NCBI GenBank assembly: GCA_039714535.1
Contig: JBDLJC010000006.1
Location: forward strand, 18,925-82,924
Direction: 5' to 3'
From: Thermodesulfobacteriota bacterium
GTDB taxonomy: Bacteria > Desulfobacterota > Desulfobulbia > Desulfobulbales > JAGXFP01
Length of the DNA: 64,000 nt
Shown here: in pieces, positions 47,254-56,742 of the stretch
Layout of the letters: every line of letters starts with the position of its first letter
Numbering within the stretch: the stretch's first letter is position 1
The notes under the pieces: model-generated
Told to the model about the DNA's origin: nothing
Seen by the model: the letters and a program-made list of their open reading frames with translations, nothing else
The model's database searches: none
Translations under genes and position numbers: made by a program

Positions 47254-47533
47254 GTAACTATGCAGTGTGACAACCGGGGTTCCAGCCTGTATTTTAAAAG
47301 GAACATAAAAAATAATGTTGAACATCGAACGTCCAACGTTGAACATCGAATAAGGAAGCCGCTTCGCTTTAGCTGAATATCGAAAGTACCACATTCAAAA
47401 TTCGATGTCGGAGTCTTCGCTACCTGAATGTTGGGTGTTCGATGTTCAATTATTATCATGCTACAACCATAAAGCCTTAACAGTTACATTCCGAGGTTTT
47501 CGTCGGTTTTTCGTTATACACCTGAATAGTTAC
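47254..47533. mobile_element. 280 bp MITE with 12 bp TIRs and a 9 bp target-site duplication
   Basis: Left end GTAACTATGCAG, right end CTGAATAGTTAC (one mismatch). GGAGTTTTT flanks both sides (47245-47253 and 47534-47542). No ORF. Confidence 0.85.
47311..47454. repeat. Heptamer-based palindrome inside the MITE
   Basis: AATAATGTTGAACATCGAAC...GTTCGATGTTCAATTATT arms built from GAACATC/CAACGTT-like 7-mers. Confidence 0.7.
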
Positions 47534-47544
47534 GGAGTTTTTGC

Positions 47545-48147
47545 ATGAATGTTGTCCCTCCCGCTCTGGCCCGGCTGATTGATGATCTGAATCGTCTGCC
47601 CGGCATCGGTAAGAAAACCGCGACTCGGCTGGCCCTGCATATCCTGCGGCGGCCGCCCGTTGAGGCCCACGACCTGGCCCACGATATCGCCAATCTGCAC
47701 GAGGCCATTAATCTCTGTTCCAATTGTTTTGCCTTCTCCGAGAGCGATCCGTGCTTGATCTGCGGTGATCCGGGTCGGGATCCCGGCTTGATCTGCGTTG
47801 TTGAAGGTCCGGCCGACTTGATGGCCATTGAGAAGGTTGCCTCATTCAAGGGCCAATACCATATTCTCCATGGGGTTTTTTCGCCGATGGACGGAGTTGG
47901 CCCTGCCGAGATCCGGATAGATGCTCTGATGAGTAGGGTGCGGAGGCAGGGCGTTGCCGAGGTGCTGCTCGCAACCAGTTCAACGGTGCCAGGTGAGGCG
48001 ACGGCTGCCTATCTGGCCAGCCGGCTGCAGTCTCTGCCGGTCAAGGTTACCAGGTTGGCCTGTGGAATCCCGATGGGGATGGATATCAAGTATGCCGATG
48101 AACTGACCTTGGCCCGGGCCATTGAAGCACGTGAGGAGACCGGGTAG
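47545..48147 (+). CDS. recR: Recombination mediator RecR
   Basis: LPGIGKKTATRLA, CSNC...CLIC zinc finger, ICVVEGPAD, GEATA, YADELTL. Confidence 0.95.
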   Translation: MNVVPPALARLIDDLNRLPGIGKKTATRLALHILRRPPVEAHDLAHDIANLHEAINLCSNCFAFSESDPCLICGDPGRDPGLICVVEGPADLMAIEKVASFKGQYHILHGVFSPMDGVGPAEIRIDALMSRVRRQGVAEVLLATSSTVPGEATAAYLASRLQSLPVKVTRLACGIPMGMDIKYADELTLARAIEAREETG

Positions 48148-48385
48148 GGTGGGGGCAGCTTCTGTTTGCGAGAATGGTGCAGACGAATGTTTGGTAATTA
48201 TTAATTATCATCAGTGGCTAACCTGCCTGGCTGTTTCAGGACCACTTCTTAAGTGGCTCCGGCCTTGATTTATTCTTGACAGGAAAGGAGATTATTGTTA
48301 ATTGATTTCCCCTTAGCTGTTTCGGGATTATAGCTGGTTCATTTGCCTGGCAGATGGTAAACTTGATCCCAAGTTGGTCTTAAAT

Positions 48386-48462
48386 AGGCGCGTAGCTCAG
48401 TTGGTTAGAGCGCTTGCTCGACACGCAAGAAGTCGGCGGTTCGAATCCGCCCGTGCCTACCA
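48386..48462 (+). tRNA. tRNA-Val(GAC)
   Basis: AGGCGCG acceptor stem, CTTGC-TCGACAC-GCAAG anticodon arm, GGTTCGAATCC, CCA end. Confidence 0.95.
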
Positions 48463-48590
48463 TTTTTTATTGAGATGTATTGATGTTTAATGGTCGCGGT
48501 CTTACGCAGACCAGGATATAGGCAGGTTGGCTCAGCCAATGTGCTTATTTTTTTTTAATTATATAAATTTATCTGCAGGTGGATTGGCTG

Positions 48591-50528
48591 ATGGCCGATT
48601 GTACAGTAACAGTAGCCGGAACAGACAAGAGTGTGGTCGTTGCCGCCGGCAGCTCGTTAATTGATTCGTTGAAAGAGCTGCTCTCCAAGAAGCAGCGTAA
48701 GCAAGCGGTTGCTTTTCGGGTCAACGGTGAGTTGTACGATTTGTCCACTCCGGTCGAGCAGGACATGGAAGTTGAGTTTATCCTGGGCGATTCTGTGGAT
48801 GGCCTCGATATCATCAGGCATAGTACGGCCCATCTTCTGGCCCACGCAGTTGTTGATCTGTTTGGCGCCGAGGTCAAGGTTGCCATTGGTCCTTCTACCG
48901 ATGATGGCTTCTATTATGATTTCGACCGGGACGAACCCTTCACTCCCGACGATCTGGAAAAGATCGAGGCCCGGATGCTGCAACTGGCCGGTGGCGTTCA
49001 TCCGTTTGTGCGCGAGACGGTGACCATCTCTGAGGCCCGCCGGATTTTCGAAGAGAAGCAGCAGGGCTATAAACTCGAGATTCTCGACGAAATTGAGGAT
49101 GACACGGTCAGCCTTTACCAAGTTGGGGAGTTTGTCGATCTCTGTCGCGGCCCCCATGTCCCCCATAGTGGTCTACTCCAGGTCTATAAACTGACCAGAC
49201 TGGCCGGGGCCTATTGGCGCGGCGATGAGACTCGGACCATGCTCCAGCGTATTTACGGCACCGCCTTCTCCAGTCCCAAAGACCTCAAAAAATATCTGCT
49301 GATGCTGGAAGAGGCCAAGAAGCGGGACCATCGTAAGCTGGGCCGTGAGCTTGGGCTCTTTACCATGCAGGATCAGATCGGTCCCGGGCTGGTACTCTGG
49401 CAGCCGAAAGGCGCTTTGATGCGCAAGCTCATCGAGGATCAGTGGCGGGAAGAGCATTACCGTCATGACTACGAGTTGCTCTATACGCCCCATATCGCTA
49501 AACGGGATCTCTGGCAGACCAGCGGCCATCTTGATTTCTATGGCGAGAATATGTACGCCCCCATGGATATCGACGAGGTCAGTTATCAGCTCAAGCCGAT
49601 GAACTGCCCCTTTCATATAGCCATCTACAATACCGGCAAGAGAAGTTACCGTGAATTCCCGATTCGCTGGTGTGAGTTGGGCACCGTCTATCGTTATGAG
49701 AAGACCGGCGCCCTGCACGGTTTGATGAGGGTCCGGGGTTTTACCCAGGATGATGCCCATATCTTCTGTCTTCCCGAGCAGCTTGAGGAAGAGATCTACA
49801 ATATCCTTGATCTTAATATGCGGGTTTTGCGGCTGTTTGGTTTCGACAAGTACGACATCTATCTGTCCACCCGGCCGGAGAAGTCTGTCGGCAGCGACGA
49901 GAACTGGGACCGTTCGACCGAAGCCTTGAAGATGGCCCTGGATAAGAAAGGGTTTTCTTACGAGATGGACCCCGGCGAAGGGGTATTCTACGGACCCAAG
50001 ATCGATATCAAGATTAAAGATAAACTGGGGCGTTCCTGGCAATGTTCCACCATCCAGGTCGACTTTAATTTACCGGAGCGTTTTGAGTTAGGTTACACCG
50101 GCGCTGACGGCAGGGAGCACCAGCCGATCATGATCCATCGGGCCCTGATGGGTTCTCTGGAACGTTTCTTCGGGGTAATGATCGAGCACTATGCCGGGGC
50201 CTTTCCGGTCTGGTTGGCTCCCGTTCAGGCCCGCTTGTTGAATATAACCGATGCCCAGCTTGATTATACCGAGAAGGTCTATGCTGAGTTGCGGCGGTTG
50301 GGAGTACGGATTGAGAAGGATGTCCGGAACGAAAAGCTGAACTACAAGATTCGTGAGGCCCAGCTCCAGAAGATTCCCTATATGTTGATTGTCGGCGATA
50401 AGGAGATGGCAGAGGGCGAAGTTACTATCCGCTTGCGCGATGGTGAAAATCTGCCGGCCATGAAGATTGCCGATTTTGCCGAAATGGTCCGGCGCCAATG
50501 TTCAGAGGAAAAAGCATTAGCGGATTAA
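48591..50528 (+). CDS. thrS: Threonine--tRNA ligase
   Basis: RHSTAHLLA, GFYYDF, DLCRGPH, RDHRKLG, KPMNCPFH, RVRGFTQDDAH, IHRALMGSLERF. Confidence 0.97.
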   Translation: MADCTVTVAGTDKSVVVAAGSSLIDSLKELLSKKQRKQAVAFRVNGELYDLSTPVEQDMEVEFILGDSVDGLDIIRHSTAHLLAHAVVDLFGAEVKVAIGPSTDDGFYYDFDRDEPFTPDDLEKIEARMLQLAGGVHPFVRETVTISEARRIFEEKQQGYKLEILDEIEDDTVSLYQVGEFVDLCRGPHVPHSGLLQVYKLTRLAGAYWRGDETRTMLQRIYGTAFSSPKDLKKYLLMLEEAKKRDHRKLGRELGLFTMQDQIGPGLVLWQPKGALMRKLIEDQWREEHYRHDYELLYTPHIAKRDLWQTSGHLDFYGENMYAPMDIDEVSYQLKPMNCPFHIAIYNTGKRSYREFPIRWCELGTVYRYEKTGALHGLMRVRGFTQDDAHIFCLPEQLEEEIYNILDLNMRVLRLFGFDKYDIYLSTRPEKSVGSDENWDRSTEALKMALDKKGFSYEMDPGEGVFYGPKIDIKIKDKLGRSWQCSTIQVDFNLPERFELGYTGADGREHQPIMIHRALMGSLERFFGVMIEHYAGAFPVWLAPVQARLLNITDAQLDYTEKVYAELRRLGVRIEKDVRNEKLNYKIREAQLQKIPYMLIVGDKEMAEGEVTIRLRDGENLPAMKIADFAEMVRRQCSEEKALAD

Positions 50529-50783
50529 TTTCTTCTTGCCTGATATGCGTTAAAAGCTTGAAAAGTCATGGCCTTATATGCTATGGATATCAGCTGTCTT
50601 GAAAAGGCGGCTCGATGACGTTTCTTGAAAATGGAAAAATTTATCTGTAATCGGCAGGGGTAACTGTTGCCGGTGGCGAGTATCTATTTGATATTTAAGG
50701 GTTTTTGGGCAATGAGCCCAGTGGCGGACTGTGAAATTATTGGCGTGAAGTGGCCAAATTAATCTGGATCGGGAGGTAGCGGT

Positions 50784-51335
50784 ATTAAAGGAAGGAGAAG
50801 AGCACAGGACAAGGGCAGGGAAGTCAGGGCCAGGATCAATGCAGAGATTAACTGCCCCGAGGTTCGCCTGATTGGTGCCGAGGGGGAGCAAGTCGGGGTG
50901 ATCGCCAGTAGTGAAGCCCTGGAGATGGCCGATGAATCCGGACTCGATCTTGTTGAAGTCTCACCTTCAGCCGTGCCACCGGTCTGCCGGATCATGGATT
51001 TCGGTAAGTACCGCTATGAGCAGAGTAAAAAACAGGCCGAAGCTAGGAAAAAGCAGGCCGTTGTTGAAGTAAAAGAGATCAAGTTACGACCCAAGACCGA
51101 GAAACATGATCTTGATTTCAAGGTAAAGAATATTCGCAAATTCCTGGGCCAAGGCAACAAGGTTAAGGTTACCTTGAGGTTCAGGGGGCGTGAGATCGTT
51201 TATGCCGGCACTCTGGGGCGTGAAGTTCTGCAGAAGATCGGTGAATCTCTGCTGGACGTTGCCGATATAATTCAGCATCCAACCATGGAAGGTCGGCAGA
51301 TGGCGATGTTTCTTGGTCCTAAAAAGAATAAGTAA
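50784..51335 (+). CDS. infC: Translation initiation factor IF-3 (ATT start)
   Basis: GGGAGGT SD, then ATT at 50784 in frame with RINAEINCPEVRLIG...DLVEVSP...VCRIMDFGKY...EIKLRP. Confidence 0.92.
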   Translation: MKGRRRAQDKGREVRARINAEINCPEVRLIGAEGEQVGVIASSEALEMADESGLDLVEVSPSAVPPVCRIMDFGKYRYEQSKKQAEARKKQAVVEVKEIKLRPKTEKHDLDFKVKNIRKFLGQGNKVKVTLRFRGREIVYAGTLGREVLQKIGESLLDVADIIQHPTMEGRQMAMFLGPKKNK

Positions 51336-51436
51336 TCAGGTCGTCCTGCGGCTTGTTAGTTTTTTTGTAATAAACATCTATAAATGTCAGCTTTCGGTTT
51401 TGACGAGGCTGACGTATTATTTAAGGGAGTTGAGTC

Positions 51437-51634
51437 ATGCCTAAAATGAAAACCAATCGGGGAGCCGCCAAGCGGTTCAAGGTTAGTGGTTCCGGAAAAA
51501 TTATGCGTCGGAAAGCTTTTTCCAGCCATATTCTGACTAAAAAGACCACCAAGAGGAAAAGAGGTCTGCGTCTGGCCGGTGAGGTTGATGCCACCAATGT
51601 CAAGACCGTCAGGAAGATGCTTCCTTACATGTAG
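51437..51634 (+). CDS. rpmI: 50S ribosomal protein L35
   Basis: [21 protein letters not shown]. Confidence 0.97.
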   Translation: MPKMKTNRGAAKRFKVSGSGKIMRRKAFSSHILTKKTTKRKRGLRLAGEVDATNVKTVRKMLPYM

Positions 51635-51721
51635 CGTTGCGATTTTAATATCGTCGCAGTAATGGATAAAAATCAATAAAGGCCCGTTCATCGGGTCGTT
51701 TTTAGTAGCAAGGAGACAACA

Positions 51722-52066
51722 ATGTCTAGAGCAAAACGCGGGTTTAAGGCGCGTCGTCGTAGAAATAAGGTTTTGAAGATGGCCCGGGGCTATGTTGGCG
51801 GCAGGCATCGCCTGTTCAGGACTGCCACCGAGGCAGTTGATCGGGCTCTCGCCTACGCCTACCGTGATCGCAAGGTCCGTAAACGTGATTTCCGCCGGTT
51901 GTGGATTGCCAGGATTAACGCTGCTGCCCGTCTTAACGGCATGTCTTACAGCCGATTGATTGGCGGGCTGAAAAAATCTGACATCGAACTTGATCGTAAA
52001 GTCCTGTCCAATATGGCTATTATGGATCCCAATGCCTTCAGCCAGGTTGCCAAAGCGGCTTCCTGA
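51722..52066 (+). CDS. rplT: 50S ribosomal protein L20
   Basis: [36 protein letters not shown]. Confidence 0.97.
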   Translation: MSRAKRGFKARRRRNKVLKMARGYVGGRHRLFRTATEAVDRALAYAYRDRKVRKRDFRRLWIARINAAARLNGMSYSRLIGGLKKSDIELDRKVLSNMAIMDPNAFSQVAKAAS

Positions 52067-52093
52067 TCGTCTGCATTCTGATCTATTAATAGC

Positions 52094-53104
52094 ATGGAAG
52101 AAGAACTTCACCAGTTAAAAGCCGAAGCTTTGGCTCGGCTTGGCGAGATTAATCTGGCCGCCGGGCTTGAAGAGTTCCGGGTTAAGTATCTTGGCCGCAA
52201 GGGTTTGTTCTCCGGACTCATGAAACAGCTGGGCCAGGTGGATCCCAGTGAACGCCCGCGGTTGGGCCAGCTCGCCAACAGTGTCAAGGCGGAGGTGGAA
52301 ACGGCCTTCGCGGAGCAACAGACCGCCATTGCCGATTCTGCGGGGCAGGAGGGTGATGAGTCTCTGGATTTGAGCCTGCCTGGCCGGACCATCCCCCTGG
52401 GCCGGCTCCATCCGGTGACCCAGATCATGGAAGAGATCTGCGGGGTCTTCGAGGGTCTTGGTTTTGCTGTGGCCGAAGGCCCGGATATTGAGACCGATTT
52501 TTACAACTTCGAAGCGTTGAACATCCCTCCGCACCATCCGGCGCGGGACATGCACGACACCTTCTATTTCAGCGAGTCTGTTTTGTTACGGACCCACACC
52601 TCGCCCATGCAGATCCGGGCCATGGAAACCAAAAAACCGCCGCTGCGCATGATCGCCCCCGGCAAGGTTTATCGCTGCGATTCCGATATTACCCATACCC
52701 CGATGTTCCACCAGGTCGAAGGCTTCCTGGTTGATGAGAAGGTTTCCTTTGCCGATCTCAAGGGCGTGCTGTCGATATTCATTGCGAGAATGTTCGATGA
52801 AAAAACCCCGATTCGTTTCCGGCCCAGTTTTTTCCCCTTCACCGAGCCGAGCGCCGAGGTGGATATTGGCTGTGTAATCTGCGGCGGCTCTGGTTGTCGG
52901 GTCTGTAAACATACCGGCTGGCTCGAGATTCTTGGCGCCGGGATGATTGATCCCGAGGTATTCAAAAAGATCGGTTATGATCCGGAGGTTTACACAGGTT
53001 TTGCTTTCGGGCTCGGGGTGGAAAGGATTGCCATGTTGAAGTATGGCATCAATGACATCCGTCTCTATTATGAAAATGATCTCCGTTTCCTGACCCAGTT
53101 CTAA
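52094..53104 (+). CDS. pheS: Phenylalanine--tRNA ligase alpha subunit
   Basis: HPARDMHDTF, LRTHTSP, HTPMFHQVEG, FPFTEPSAE, FAFGLGVER. Confidence 0.97.
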   Translation: MEEELHQLKAEALARLGEINLAAGLEEFRVKYLGRKGLFSGLMKQLGQVDPSERPRLGQLANSVKAEVETAFAEQQTAIADSAGQEGDESLDLSLPGRTIPLGRLHPVTQIMEEICGVFEGLGFAVAEGPDIETDFYNFEALNIPPHHPARDMHDTFYFSESVLLRTHTSPMQIRAMETKKPPLRMIAPGKVYRCDSDITHTPMFHQVEGFLVDEKVSFADLKGVLSIFIARMFDEKTPIRFRPSFFPFTEPSAEVDIGCVICGGSGCRVCKHTGWLEILGAGMIDPEVFKKIGYDPEVYTGFAFGLGVERIAMLKYGINDIRLYYENDLRFLTQF

Positions 53105-53132
53105 AAATCGCTTGCCATAAGCTGGAAATCCC

Positions 53133-55550
53133 ATGAAATTCACTGTCAACTGGCTGAAAAAATACATCGATTTTGACCTGTCGCACAAAGAGCTGGCCGA
53201 TCGCCTGACCATGGCCGGTCTTGAGGTTGACGCCGTCGAAGAACTCTATCCGGGCCTCGATGATCTCAAAGTGGCCTTGGTCAAGGAAGTAACCGCCCAT
53301 CCCAATGCTGATCGTTTATCGATCTGCGATGTTGACGACGGGCAAGGCATGCGCCGGGTGGTTTGCGGCGCTCCCAATGTTCGGGCCGGCATGTTGACTG
53401 CCCTGGCTGTACCCGGCACGGTGATGCCCGAAGGCTTTAAGATCAAACCTGCCAAGATCCGCGGCGAGGCCTCGGACGGGATGTTATGTTCGGCCAATGA
53501 ACTTGGCATCAGCGCTGATAAGGCCGGGATCATGGATCTGCCGGCCGGACTTTCTCCCGGCCAATCTCTGGTCGAGGCCCTTGAGCTTAACGATACCCTC
53601 ATTGAAGTCGATCTGACTCCCAACCGGCCCGATTGTGCCAGTGTGATCGGTACCGCCCGTGAAGTTGGCGGTTTTGTTGGGGCCAAACTCAAGCACCCTA
53701 TCTCTGGTAATCTACCCGCCTTAACCGGTGACGATCTGCCGTTTGCGGTTGAGGTCAAGGACATTGATGCCTGCCCCCGTTATGCCGCCCGGATGATCAA
53801 AGGGGTCAAGATTGGCCCCTCGCCCTGGTGGTTGCAGCGGCTGTTGATGGCGGTTGGCTTGCGGCCGATTAATAATGTGGTCGATATTACCAATTTTGTC
53901 ATGCTGGAGTACGGGCAGCCCCTGCATGCCTTCGATTTTTCTAAACTGGCCGGGGGCCGGATCATTGTCCGTAAGGCGCTTAAGGGTGAGAAGACCAAGA
54001 CCCTGGATGATGTCGAACGGGAACTCGATGAGGAGATGCTGCTGATCTGTGATGGTGAGCGGCCGGTTGCGATTGCCGGGGTCATGGGCGGCGGTAATTC
54101 CGAGGTTAGCGATGCAACCACGGATATTCTGCTGGAGAGCGCCTGCTTTAATCCGGTCAGCATCAGACGGACCGCAAAGCGCCTTAATCTGGCGACCGAT
54201 TCCTCCTATCGCTTTGAAAGGGGCGTTGATCCCCAGGGCACCGCTAGGGCTTTGGCGCGGGCGGTGCAGCTGGTGGTTGAGCTGGCTGGCGGTGAAGTTG
54301 TGGCCGGTGGTGTCGATCTGAACGACGGTCTGAGGGAGATCATCCCGATCCGCTTACGGGTTCAGAGATGTGTCGATATGCTCGGGGTGGAGCTTACTGC
54401 TGACCAGATTGGCGACTATCTGGAGTCAATTGAAATAGAAGTTGAAAAAGTTGATGATAATTCCCTGCGGGTTACCCCGCCAAGTTTCCGCATCGACCTG
54501 GAGCGTGAGGTCGATCTGATCGAGGAGATTGCCCGCCTGGTCGGTTATAATGAAATACCTACCACTCTGCCCCATGTCCCCTTAAGTTTTGCCGATCAGG
54601 ATCCGGCCCGGGAGATGCGCAAGAAAGTGGCGGCGATCATGACCGCCCAAGGTTATAACGAGGCGATTAATTACAGTTTCGTGACCGAGCGTCATTTTGA
54701 CATGCTGGGTCTGAGTGCTGAGCATCCGGCCCGCCGGACTGTCTGTCTCCTTAATCCTCTGGCTGAAGACCAGAGCGTGATGCGGACTATGCTGTTGCCC
54801 GCTATTCTCGAGAATGTCAAACGCAATGTCAATCATCAGCGTCCCGATATCCGGTTGTTTGAGACCGGCAAGGTCTTCCATCCCAGCGGTGGCGAACGGC
54901 CTGACGAGGAAGTGCGGATGGTCGCAGTCCTGAGCGGCAGGCGTAATCCCGGTTCGCCGGTTCTTCATTTCGGAGATGAGAGTATAGATTTCTACGATAT
55001 CAAGGGTTGCGCTGAAAATTTGCTGACCGAGCTGCGCCGCTTTGATGTCAAAATGGTGGCGGCTAGTGAGCCGCCCGAGTATGTTGATGGCTCTTCCTAT
55101 CTTGCCTTGCAGGCCGGGGCAGAGAATGTTGGTGGTTTAGGCCGCTTGTCGGTCGGTTGTCTGAAGGGTTTCGGCATTAAGACAGCGGTCTATTTTATTG
55201 AATTGAGCCTGAGCAAGTTGGAGAATGTCGCGCCAGCCGCGAAGGCGTTTAAGCCACTGGCCCGTTTCCCTTCAGTCAAGTGGGACCTGGCGATGCTGGT
55301 GCCGGAAGACGTCGCCGCCGGTGAGATGATCGAAGCGATTAACGGTTGCGGCAAGAAAATATTTGAAAGCAGTGAGATACTGGATGTCTTCCGCGGTGAC
55401 AGCATAGAAGATGGCTATAAAAGCGTGGCCATTGGCGTTACTTATCGGGATACGGACAAAACCCTTGAAGATGAGACGGTTCAGAAAGTCCATCAGAAAA
55501 TAATTGATCTTATTGGTACCCGTTTTGGCGGGAAACTGCGGGAGGCTTGA
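53133..55550 (+). CDS. pheT: Phenylalanine--tRNA ligase beta subunit
   Basis: HPNADRL, VCGAPN, DLTPNRPDC, GQPLHAFD, RFERGVD, DLIEEIARLVGY. Confidence 0.97.
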   Translation: MKFTVNWLKKYIDFDLSHKELADRLTMAGLEVDAVEELYPGLDDLKVALVKEVTAHPNADRLSICDVDDGQGMRRVVCGAPNVRAGMLTALAVPGTVMPEGFKIKPAKIRGEASDGMLCSANELGISADKAGIMDLPAGLSPGQSLVEALELNDTLIEVDLTPNRPDCASVIGTAREVGGFVGAKLKHPISGNLPALTGDDLPFAVEVKDIDACPRYAARMIKGVKIGPSPWWLQRLLMAVGLRPINNVVDITNFVMLEYGQPLHAFDFSKLAGGRIIVRKALKGEKTKTLDDVERELDEEMLLICDGERPVAIAGVMGGGNSEVSDATTDILLESACFNPVSIRRTAKRLNLATDSSYRFERGVDPQGTARALARAVQLVVELAGGEVVAGGVDLNDGLREIIPIRLRVQRCVDMLGVELTADQIGDYLESIEIEVEKVDDNSLRVTPPSFRIDLEREVDLIEEIARLVGYNEIPTTLPHVPLSFADQDPAREMRKKVAAIMTAQGYNEAINYSFVTERHFDMLGLSAEHPARRTVCLLNPLAEDQSVMRTMLLPAILENVKRNVNHQRPDIRLFETGKVFHPSGGERPDEEVRMVAVLSGRRNPGSPVLHFGDESIDFYDIKGCAENLLTELRRFDVKMVAASEPPEYVDGSSYLALQAGAENVGGLGRLSVGCLKGFGIKTAVYFIELSLSKLENVAPAAKAFKPLARFPSVKWDLAMLVPEDVAAGEMIEAINGCGKKIFESSEILDVFRGDSIEDGYKSVAIGVTYRDTDKTLEDETVQKVHQKIIDLIGTRFGGKLREA

Positions 55551-55553
55551 GAT

Positions 55554-55844
55554 ATGAAAAGTGCGAATCTTACACGTAAAGACCTGGCGAGAGCCATTAA
55601 TGAGAAACTTGGTTTTTCCAAGCAGAGCGCCGGGGAATTGGTTGATAATGTCTTTGATTGTATGAAGCGCAGTCTTCTGAAAGAGGATGCCATCAAGCTG
55701 GTCCAGTTCGGGACGTTCAATATCAGAAAAAAGAATGCCCGGGTGGGTAGAAATCCCCGGACCGGCGATACCATGGAAATCTGCAAACGCAGCATGGTGT
55801 CTTTTAAACCTAGTAAAGGACTGCGGGAGCGGATCAACGCTTAA
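55554..55844 (+). CDS. ihfA: Integration host factor alpha
   Basis: LTRKDLA, FGTFNIRKKNARVGRNPRTG; follows pheT. Confidence 0.92.
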   Translation: MKSANLTRKDLARAINEKLGFSKQSAGELVDNVFDCMKRSLLKEDAIKLVQFGTFNIRKKNARVGRNPRTGDTMEICKRSMVSFKPSKGLRERINA

Positions 55845-55889
55845 AAGTCGTTCCCGAAGTTTTGCCGTTCCTGATCAGGGGGTGAAACT

Positions 55890-56249
55890 ATGGACCATTC
55901 AAGGCAGGGAACTGGCGAGATCCCGAACAAGCTTTACTTTAAGATTGGTGAAGTAAGTGAGATAGTAGGTGTTGATCCCCATGTTCTTCGCTACTGGGAA
56001 TCAGAGTTCACGATGATCAAGCCCCAGCGGGCCACGTCGCGGCAACGGCTTTATCGCCGGGTAGACATCGAAAACCTGATCCGGGTCAGGAAGCTTCTCT
56101 ATGACCAGGGGTTTACGATTGCCGGGGCCCGGCAGGCCCTGAAAGAGGAGAAGAAGACCGGAGTGCGGACTGGGGCTGAGACACCTGAGAAGCTGGTCTG
56201 TTCGTTGAAGAAGGAATTGCTTGATCTAAAAAAACTGCTGAATGGCTAG
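55890..56249 (+). CDS. MerR-family HTH regulator
   Basis: [37 protein letters not shown]; conserved position after ihfA. Confidence 0.9.
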   Translation: MDHSRQGTGEIPNKLYFKIGEVSEIVGVDPHVLRYWESEFTMIKPQRATSRQRLYRRVDIENLIRVRKLLYDQGFTIAGARQALKEEKKTGVRTGAETPEKLVCSLKKELLDLKKLLNG

Positions 56250-56321
56250 TTCTGGTGTTGCTTATTTTTTGCGGATAGTGTTAATAGGTGCTGGAGTTTT
56301 AAAGAGTTCATAGAATTGGGT

Positions 56322-56398
56322 CGGGATGTAGCGCAGTCTGGTAGCGCACCTGAATGGGGTTCAGGGGGTCGGAAGTTCGAATCTTCTCATCCCGACCA
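56322..56398 (+). tRNA. tRNA-Pro(GGG)
   Basis: CGGGATG acceptor stem, CCTGA-ATGGGGT-TCAGG anticodon arm, GTTCGAATC, CCA end. Confidence 0.95.
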
Positions 56399-56406
56399 TT
56401 TCTTCT

Positions 56407-56441
56407 AAGGGTTTTCGGTTTACGCCGGAAACCCTTTTTTT
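56407..56441 (+). terminator. Terminator after tRNA-Pro
   Basis: AAGGGTTTTCGG...CCGGAAACCCTT plus a T run. Confidence 0.8.
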
Positions 56442-56742
56442 GTCGTGTTGGATGTTTAACAACATTCTGCATCGCTTTTGCGCCAGACAATCCATTCTAG
56501 TTGGCAATATTCCAAGTCATCTTGTGGGTAAGGGTCATTGTTAATTGTTTCCGACATTCAATAAGTTTAGCCTTTTATATCTTGTCAGGAATTCCTCCAT
56601 ATATTCTTTAGATTCAAGTGTCACGATGAACTTCATTCTAACGAATAAAATATTATTGTTTTGCAGACAAGAGTGAATGCTTGTGTTATCAAGGAGGTTC
56701 AATATATTGCATCTGGTTGTTATTGTCGACCAAGGGGGGAGG

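Noticed and set aside
48490-48545. Small hairpins before thrS, considered as an anticodon-mimic operator or T-box
   Set aside because: No Thr anticodon-like loop or T-box consensus, and the region is too short.
50771-50783. GGGAGGTAGCGGT resembles the start of a large-type SRP RNA
   Set aside because: It is the infC Shine-Dalgarno; the real SRP RNA is at 44892-44994.
49173-52111. Long antisense ORFs opposite thrS and rpmI-rplT
   Set aside because: Shadows of conserved housekeeping genes.
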